Of a DNA stretch of 64,000 nt, positions 63,797 to 64,000 are shown piece after piece. The notes beneath the pieces are model-generated. The model did not search any database and was not told the DNA's origin. It saw only the letters and a program-made list of their open reading frames with translations. A program made the translations under genes and the position numbers. Source of the stretch: Hormiphora californensis (taxonomy: Eukaryota > Animalia > Ctenophora); assembly GCA_020137815.1 (NCBI GenBank), contig CM035358.1, positions 1,798,001 through 1,862,000 on the forward strand, read 5' to 3'. The stretch's first letter is position 1, and each line of letters opens with the position of its first letter.

Positions 63797-64000
63797 TTAA
63801 ATTACGTCTCTTTAGATTAGAATTTGATTGATTGCAAAATGGGTGCAAAATGTTAATTTTGAATTTACGTGATTGTTATTACATATAATATGTCCAATAG
63901 CCGAATAGCCGAATAGCGATTTGCAGTGTGAGCAATGAGTATTCAACTTTTTACGGGTAATCTCTATTATAATTCACAGGTCTGCTTCTCTTTGAATTAT

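Overview
Intron-rich, repeat-dense eukaryotic (animal) genomic DNA. It is most likely a ctenophore: the 109-bp CAGGAACCGAC MITE and the secreted-domain gene at ~52 kb resemble ones I recall from Pleurobrachia-type gene models (recollection, not a search). Gene models were spliced by hand. On the + strand: the 3' part of an ODAD1/CCDC114-CCDC63-like dynein docking gene, a complete WDR78/DNAI4 gene right behind it, a DD3-3-family membrane protein, and a GPCR-like gene at ~59-62 kb. On the - strand: a rhodopsin-class GPCR, a small secreted-protein gene, and a ~14.3-kb gene joining a divergent urea-transporter fold to two ankyrin modules. One intron of that last gene holds a complete antisense cathepsin-2xShKT gene. 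Mobile DNA includes an intact two-ORF CR1-group LINE inside a (GA)n tract, a truncated relative, and an ORF1-only retroelement that shares the LINE's 5' leader and ends in a stem-loop plus (ATT)n. There are also two Penelope-like hairpin remnants with 42-nt tails (one with a minimal hammerhead motif) and many non-autonomous TIR elements. A recurrent oddity is short tandem duplication centred on splice sites, seen at least 7 times in 4 genes.
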